64,000 bases of DNA. It comes from Eledone cirrhosa. Its lineage: Eukaryota. The DNA is taken from contig OZ024745.1 of NCBI GenBank assembly GCA_964016885.1, positions 54,002,001-54,066,000 of the forward strand. The letters are read 5' to 3'. A program made the position numbers and the translations under genes. Of this stretch, positions 56,597-64,000 are shown piece by piece. Under the pieces are notes generated by a model that worked only from the letters and a program-made list of their open reading frames with translations, made no database searches and was not told the DNA's origin. The first letter of the stretch is position 1, and every line of letters begins with the position of its first letter.

Positions 56597-57855
56597 AATT
56601 TTCGACACCGAAAGTCATTTGAAATTAATTTTCTTTTCTTTTTTTATTTGCTTTAATGATAAAATATTTTGTTTAATTCTTTTTTCATTTTCATGTTACT
56701 GATAACATTTTTATTTATATTTTGAAAAACAAAGCGTATTTTTTTTTTTTTTGTATTTCTATACAAAGCACTATGAAATTCGAAATTTAATGAAAGATCC
56801 TTCCACTAGTCATTAGTATTCTGTCACATTAGTAAAATGTGGCGGTCAACGCATCCTAAGTGAACCATATTCCTATCCAAACACAGTGCAAAAATACCGT
56901 GCGTCATTTAATCGCTGACAGATTACTCCCAGTAGCGAGATCTATGAGGCAAGAATGTGATTATTAAAGAAATTCTTTATTTATTTTTAACATTTTTCAT
57001 TATGATAATGACAATAATAATGATAATGATGATGATGATCATCATCATCATCACGTTGATTTTTCTTCATCTTTTTCTTGTTTTTATTTATTAATTTATT
57101 CGTTTGCAGTCTCCATACTAATTAAAGTTTCACAGAGAAATAATTATAATTTTAGAGAAGTGGCCAAGCTCCCGTGTGGTAATACATAGTGTTATCGAAA
57201 ATAAATTAATAGCTAATCCAAACAAAATCAGTCATTAGTTCAATCATTGGATCGATCGTGAAGCATCAGCAGGCGCGCTCTAGACTGTTCATCGTTCATG
57301 ATTTAATCAGAATTAATAACTCGCGCTGTGTTTACATCCTTTCGCTCCAATAAAACAAATTAATGCGAAACATTTATCTCAAAATGGTCCAGCCTGACTA
57401 GCCATGATTAGTTGTTGTTATAGATACTTTGGTTATTGTTGTCGTTGTTTAGCTTCTTATCAATCCTGATCCAACAGGCATATTATCAAAGGAATTCCAG
57501 CAATCACCATCTCTCCATTTTAAGGGCAACGTTGGTATGCCCATGTCTAATAAAAGCATGAATCTTTACCTGGAAAGTTTTACTTCAGTCTGTTGTGGTA
57601 GATCACACTGAGACAACAGTGGAGTTTGTTTCGAAGTGTGCAGGACTGAGCAAGCTTTTATGGAAAATCAAGAAGTTACCTATACGGAAGTTCTCATCTC
57701 TTAACGTCAGCGATATTGACCAACCCTTTGGCGCCAATGTTATTGCAGAGGTTGTTAGAACGAAATTGAAGGCACAAACACACATAACCACATATAATCA
57801 CACATACACACATATCTTTCAATGTTTTGTTAGTTTTACATGTGGACACAGGTAG

Positions 57856-57993
<138 letters not shown>

Positions 57994-58449
57994 AGAGAGG
58001 AAGAGAAAATGAGAAAATTTAAACTTCAGGATTGAAGAGACGGAACAAATACCGCAAGGCACTCTGCCAGATGTTCCAATGACTGCAAAATTGAAGTCTT
58101 CCTTAGCAGCTATAGTGGATGTTACTTATTACTTCCTCTCTTCAAGTGGCGTTGTGCTAACGTAAGGAGGTATTTGATTTATGGTTAACTCTCTGACATA
58201 TACAAAATTATTTTTGTCTATTTTGTTGTACGGTGAAGGCTTGCAATTAAAGGTATGTAGTAGGAGAAACTGGTGTTGGATGTGTTTAATGGCAGACAAT
58301 ATATTTGAGGAAATAATGCTAAATTTACCAGTTACGTATCATTCAAAGACGATGAGGACGACGAGCGACCGACATGACAACACGAATCGGACGCCATTTT
58401 AGCCCGACTCCCGTGTGAGACCTGCGATATAGCCGCTGACATTCGACCT

Positions 58450-59290
58450 GAGATGTTACAAGCCTTAAATAGAGAAGGCTGACTCGTGTGTGGTAGATCT
58501 CAGGAAAGGCACCTAAGGAATGGAATTCGGGGGTGATAATCCCAATTTTCAAAAAGTGAGACAAGAGCGATTGCTCAATTTACAGAGGGATCTTATTTTT
58601 ATTCCTCCCCAGTAAAGTTTATGTTAAGTTTGCATAGCAAATAGATGTAGGGAGATTGTCGAGCCCAAGCTACCTGATGAACATTGTGGCGTTTGCCTTA
58701 GACGCAGTACAGCCGACCAAATATTCACACTGCGTCAGGTCTTTGAGAAATCATGGGAGTACTGTCAAGAGGTGTATTCTTACTTTAAAGAACTCAAAAA
58801 GACATACGACTGCGTATTTTGTTTCGGATAAATGGTGCTAAATCAAAAGCATTCAGTGTGAGAAATGATATCACAACTGGCGAGAATTAGACAGGTGGAA
58901 TTAGTAAAAGAGATGGTATTATTTAAATCATCAACAGAAGATTTCCGACATGTAATTGATAGGTTTGTAGGAGCTGGTTCAGTAATGCACCAGCTTTAGT
59001 ATTCGGCAATCAGAAGAAGGGATGTAGGTGTAAAAGTAATATTCACCATCTTCAATTCACTATTCCTGCCAACCATTGCCTATGGTCATGAATCTTAGGT
59101 AATGACCGAAAGAATACGATAGCGAATACAAGTGGGCGAAATGGCGTTTCTCCGAAGGTTCTTTGGAGTAACGTTACTCGCTGATCAGAGAATTGCTCCA
59201 GGTAGAGCCGCTACTTCTCCAAATTGAGACATCACAGCTCCAATACGACAGGTATGTGGTTAGAATGTCTCAGGAAAGAACTGCTGGGCA
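58450..59290 (+). mobile_element. Degenerate RTE (Rex3/Expander-like) LINE with internal deletions
   Basis: SGKAPKEWNSGVIIPIFKK.DKSDCSIYRGI and LPTIAYGHES.VMTERIR.RIQVGEMAFLRR. Confidence 0.8.
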
Positions 59291-59418
59291 GAAGAAGAAG
59301 AAGAAGAAGAAGAAGAAGAAGAAGAAGAAGAAGAAGAAGAAGAAGAAGAAGAAGAAGAAGAAGAAGAAGAAGAAGAAGAAGAAGAAGAAGAAGAAGAAGA
59401 AGAAGAAGAAGAAGAAGA
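59290..59418. repeat. (GAA)n microsatellite
   Basis: Directly visible. Confidence 0.97.
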
Positions 59419-59805
59419 TGATCTATTACTCAAATGTTTTAGCAATATTTGTTTTTTGAAAGCACAAAATTTGCAAACTTTGCTTCTGTATAAATGTCAC
59501 AATTCATCATACATCTGTTGTGACAAGGTATGAAATTACTTTGTACATTCAATCTGAAAAAGCCATGATAGATAAATTCACGAAAGAAATCAGGCAAATG
59601 ATAAATTATAACGAAAAGAAAGCAAAACAGAAAATAAGCCAAAGACAGCATTAACCGAATTTGATTTAACTCTTAACACTGTAATGATTTAGCAGTAAAC
59701 TATTTTAAAACAAGGTTCGTTAATTCATATGATTGTATGATAATATATTTATTAATCGAGTGATTGCAGTATTAGAGTAAATACTTTACTCTAGGAGTTA
59801 TATTG

Positions 59806-60039
59806 TAGGGGCGGTGGAAGCATTTCTGAATTGGGAGGGGGTGCAAATTTGGACAAGTGATTAGTTTAGCTCTTTGCATTCTAAAATGCTCAGAAAACAT
59901 CGATATGCGATAAACATAACATGCACATAAATTGTTGCCCATATCCAATTAGATGTGTGTTTTGGTAGTTTGGGAAAAATATAATTATTGGCGGGGGGGG
60001 GGGGGGGTTGCATGCCCCCTACCAATTCCACCGCCACTA
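59806..60039. mobile_element. Small MITE (hAT-like termini)
   Basis: 14-bp TIR TAG(G/T)GGCGGTGGAA; no clear TSD. Confidence 0.6.
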
Positions 60040-60150
60040 TATGTATATAATTAAAAAAAGATAATGCTCTGTGCCCTTTCCTAAGGGGTTAATATATCGA
60101 GCTTCTTCGCTTTTGGTAAGAAACTGGTATTATATCCAATTTATTCATCT

Positions 60151-60211
<61 letters not shown>

Positions 60212-60213
<2 letters not shown>

Positions 60214-60402
60214 CGAAGGAAATGTGGTAAGCAACCAGATGGACCATAACGCACCAAAGTACTCAATACTTAGGGTAGTAGAGTGGGTAATAGGAACGAG
60301 TAGGACCCCGACGGCTGAGCTCAAGCCGTTTCGACGGCTAATTCTGGACTCAGAATTAGCCGTCGAAACGGCTTGAGCTCAGCCGTCGGGGTCCTACTCG
60401 TT

Positions 60403-60407
<5 letters not shown>
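60212..60407. mobile_element. (TA)n-embedded fold-back element with perfect 57-bp arms and 4-nt loop
   Basis: 60290-60346 is the exact reverse complement of 60351-60407; same family as 14449-14663. Confidence 0.85.
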
Positions 60408-60444
<37 letters not shown>

Positions 60445-60512
60445 TTCATTTATCATGGCTATTGGTGAGCTTTGTTACTCTAAAGTTTCACCTGCGCACT
60501 CACAGGATCACC

Positions 60513-60567
60513 AGTCTTGTCTGATGATCCTGTGAGTACATAAGTGAATCTCCAGAGTAACAAGGCT
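60513..60567 (+). ncRNA. Degenerate type I hammerhead at the centre of a fold-back (60443-60590)
   Basis: AGTCTTGT-CTGATGA-TCCTGTG..-GAATC-TCCAGA-GTA^ACAAGGCT; the inverted copy keeps GAAAC and stem II but has CTGGTGA. Confidence 0.7.
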
Positions 60568-60939
60568 TACCCATAATAAATGAATATTTTAACTCTACTT
60601 CGATATTGAATTTTCATTCTTACGTCCGTCAATAATTCACGTACTCTCAGGTCTTGAATAATCGTCTCCAACCCCCGCTTATTAATTTGTCAGACCCCGC
60701 CCCGGTTTTTATTGCACCCCAAACCGTTTATTAAAGTTTGCTAATCTCCGGCGAAATTTTATTTTAAGTGATTCATATTGATACAGCAGCTGGAAATCTA
60801 ATAATAATTTTATTTTACATAAAAAAACAACATATAACAAGTAGAACATTACAAGAAATCCCATATTTACGAACGTACACTTTACAATTACTGATTTCCC
60901 AAGCACCTCCCACCACCATTATTGCACTAAGACTAATAC

Positions 60940-61290
60940 ACTCTCTCACTCTATAAATATCAACACATATCTCTCCCAATCCCCCTCTGTATCTCAATCA
61001 CCTCTAAACTCTCACCCTCTTTATGTCTACTATACAGTACTCGCCCATTATCCCTCTCTGTATATCTACAACCACCAAACTCTCCCGCTCTCTATATCTA
61101 ATACACGGAACTCTCTTCCATTACCCCTCTTTATATCAATTAACACCAAACTCTCACTCTCTCTATATCTACTACACGGCTCTCTCTCCCAACAACCCTC
61201 TCTATATCAATTAGCACCAATCTATCACCCCTCTCTATATCTACTACACGATACCCTCTTCCAATCCCCCTCTCTATATCAATTACCACT
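60940..61290. repeat. C/T-rich minisatellite (~65-bp unit of two CTCTCTATATC-containing subunits)
   Basis: About 5 diverged tandem units. Confidence 0.75.
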
Positions 61291-61723
61291 TGATATAGAC
61301 GTGAATTACTTCGCTCCGGATTTTTACGGATTATTGTAAAAAAAACTGTGATTTCATTGCTCAATTTAATAGCATTGTTTAGTTTAACCTCTTGCCTGGG
61401 CCTTCAGACGTTGAGTCAACTAATTTTCGCCCCTTTCTGGGGCGAAATTTTCATTTTCATCTCAAAAATGTGTAGACTTGGTAGTCAGCAATGGATGCCA
61501 TTTCAACCTCGCACACTGTCGTGAGTGCCACGTTCACTAAGAAAAGTGGTGGAGGGAAGGTAGGAGTACAAAGCTTGCAGCCTTTCCCCCTCGCATTATC
61601 GAAAAACGTTGAAAATATTGAAACCACGAAACCAAACCCGGTAAATAATACCAGCACCAACAACAAGAACAATGACAGTAACACCACAACCAACAACTGC
61701 AACAATAGCAACACCAAGGAAAA

Positions 61724-63300
61724 CATGAACAATATTACCAACAGTGACAACAACAGCAGCAACAAAAAAGACAACAACACCAAAACAACATTCGCACAGA
61801 CTGTAAAAAAAACGAACTATACACGCCAATTGACATAACAAATGCTAAACAACTACTACAAGACGCAAAACAATTCGTGACTTTTGGCGAAAACGGTGCT
61901 TTTAGCATCAATTCTCCACAGGAATTACGTAGAGAGGCTGTCCTGAAAACCACAGTTTTCAGGACAATATCGAACGAAACAAGAAAACCAGCTCAATTAT
62001 CACAAAATGAAATTGAGGTGGTTCTAAAAGATGCAATGAAGGACATAACCTTCATACAAAAAGATAAACTGTTTGGTAGCATTTCGGTGCTAATGAACAA
62101 CCAGTCAACAGCACAAAAATACTCGGTATCACCCATTGTGTCCCTCCGCTTCACCTTTTTCCCCACATACAGGGGAAAAAGGACACAAAGAATAAAAATA
62201 ATGAGTATCACACCAAATGTAAATATTTGGTGGATACTATATGGAATGATTGACTTTGAAGAAGACAAGATAATTTCAATAGGAAAGTCCTCCGGAGGTG
62301 TATTTGGTGGGACCAGCGTAGAAGTTCTGATGTAAATGAGCCCAGAACGAATAGCGAATATCCCAAAACGCGTGCCTCTGGACGGGCTAACTTATATAAA
62401 CATTTCAGTGGAGGGAAGGCGGCCGTCATGTTACCACTGCTTAAGCAGGGGTCACCTGAGGGCTGCCTGTCCTCAATTAACGAGTAAAAAAAAAGGCTCT
62501 CTGCCAACCCCGAACACAACAACACAACCACCACTACCACCACCACCACCACCACCACCACCACAACAACAACAACAACAACAACCACAACAACACGGAA
62601 AAATAACAACACAAAACACTGTTCCACCCAACCCCACCCCACCTAAAACAAATACAAAAGCAACCACAACAAAACCCCAAAATATACCCCTCCCCAACAA
62701 CACAGAAGAGGACTCCGTATCAACGTCACCCAGTGACGACGAGGGAGAACCCTTTCAACAGGTGAAAAGGAAAAAAAGGCACCACATTAACAAAAATGCT
62801 ACAAACACACAACCACCAGCACAAACAGAACAAACATTACAAACAAAAAAACCCACCCCTCCCCAAAACATAACACGTACTACAAAACGCAAACACGCAC
62901 AAGAACAACAAACAAAAACAAACACAACACAACAAAAACTCTATACATACATTAACAAGAACAATAAAACTTTGATGAAAGCAATAGAAAATAACCCTTC
63001 GGTGGAAACCGAAGGGATCACTTTCACCTACGCAGCGAACAAACCGCACCTAATGATGATTAGGGTCCCAACGGAAAGCTATGTAACTTTGAAAAAGAAC
63101 CATCCAATGCATGTGGGGACCAACTGCACCAAACCACTTAACCACGTCCTATTGAGATGTTTCCCCACACCCCACCAAACATCATAATCCCACCACACAC
63201 TGATGTCCTCATCTCACCACAAACCACCACCCCACCAAACAACCCATCCAACACCCCCATGGAAATTGTGCAGCCTGGTCCCCAGGAGACGCAGAGGTAA
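61724..63300 (+). pseudogene. Tx1-like ORF1, disrupted (start approximate)
   Basis: Homologous to 15790-17524; frameshift ~61810, stops at 62333 and 63185. Confidence 0.8.
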
Positions 63301-63342
63301 GTAATTTCCTTTCCTCTTCCTTTTTAACTCTTCAGCACCAAC

Positions 63343-64000
63343 ATGGCCAATATAAGAGTTGGATGTGTGAATGCACGCGGCCTGGGGATGTCCTGGAAAC
63401 AGGGCAAACTCTTAAATGACCTCAGGTCGCACAGAGTGGATGTAATGGTTATTTGCGAGTCAGGATCAGCAGCGAGCGCCAACTGGCCCTCATCTTCGAT
63501 GACTTTGTGATCTACGCATCTCTCTGTCAGCCGAGAGGTGGGGGTGGGGTTGTCGTTCTGCTGCGAAAATACCTGGGTCTTGCCACACAGAAGGTACACC
63601 TGGACCCGGAGGGTCGACTGGTGGTTTTAGACGTCGGCAGTGGTGAAGGTGGAGCTTTCAGGCTGGTGGCAGCGTATGCCCCATCTGGGACACCGCGACC
63701 GGACTTCTTCCGACGCCTGGAGAATTTCCTAGGAACGTCTCGCTCCTTGCTTTTAGTGGGGGACTGGAATGGTATCCTGGATGCACGTTGGGACTATGTA
63801 GGGGCATGTCCCGATAGAGGAGGGTGTAACAGCCTCAAACGATTAATCGGCCGATTTGATCTGGCCGATAGATATCGACTAGATTTTCCGACTGTGCCAC
63901 TGTGGACGTGGACAAATCGTAGCGGAACATCTAGGTCGTACCTAGATAGGTTCCTAGTTAGAAATAAGGATAGGGACATATTAAGCTGTCCACGAATGTT
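63343..64000 (+). pseudogene. Tx1-like ORF2 APE endonuclease domain, frameshifted (~63460), partial
   Basis: NARGL, ICE, AYAP, VGDWN, SYLDRFLV motifs. Confidence 0.88.

Larger units (their letters stand above)
61295..64000 (+). mobile_element. Tx1/L1-clade retrotransposon copy G (5'UTR, ORF1, start of ORF2), a subfamily diverged from copy E; continues beyond the window
   Basis: 5' end similar to 15413-15480; ORF1 knuckle CYHCLSRGHLRAAC; ORF2 starts at 63343 (MANIRVGCVNARGL). Confidence 0.93.

Overview
AT-rich, microsatellite-saturated eukaryotic (animal) DNA with no recognisable host protein-coding exon. The repeat repertoire (Nin/Deu-core tRNA-type SINEs, PHD-containing RTE LINE, Helitron remnants, long (TA)n/(CA)n/(TATC)n tracts) looks like an octopus/cephalopod intergenic or intronic region; this is inference. 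Three things dominate. (1) A head-to-tail array of Tx1/L1-clade non-LTR retrotransposons (4-22 kb, another copy at 61-64 kb). They insert site-specifically into (TATC)n, leave 16-20 bp target-site duplications and re-use the same site. In both copies that retain it, the ORF1/ORF2 junction looks like a small in-frame intron. (2) A nearly intact Penelope-like element (RT + GIY-YIG) with ~1.05 kb direct pseudo-LTRs, each carrying a minimal type I hammerhead ribozyme, plus several decayed PLEs. (3) A dense set of short, mostly (TA)n-embedded elements carrying hammerhead motifs of about five sequence families, many as fold-back palindromes whose turning point lies in the ribozyme. One family has a hammerhead whose stem II is extended into a branched ~95-nt domain, supported by four compensatory base-pair changes between its two copies. 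Most long ORFs in the track are simple-repeat artefacts. Everything was read by eye; no alignments or folding programs were run.
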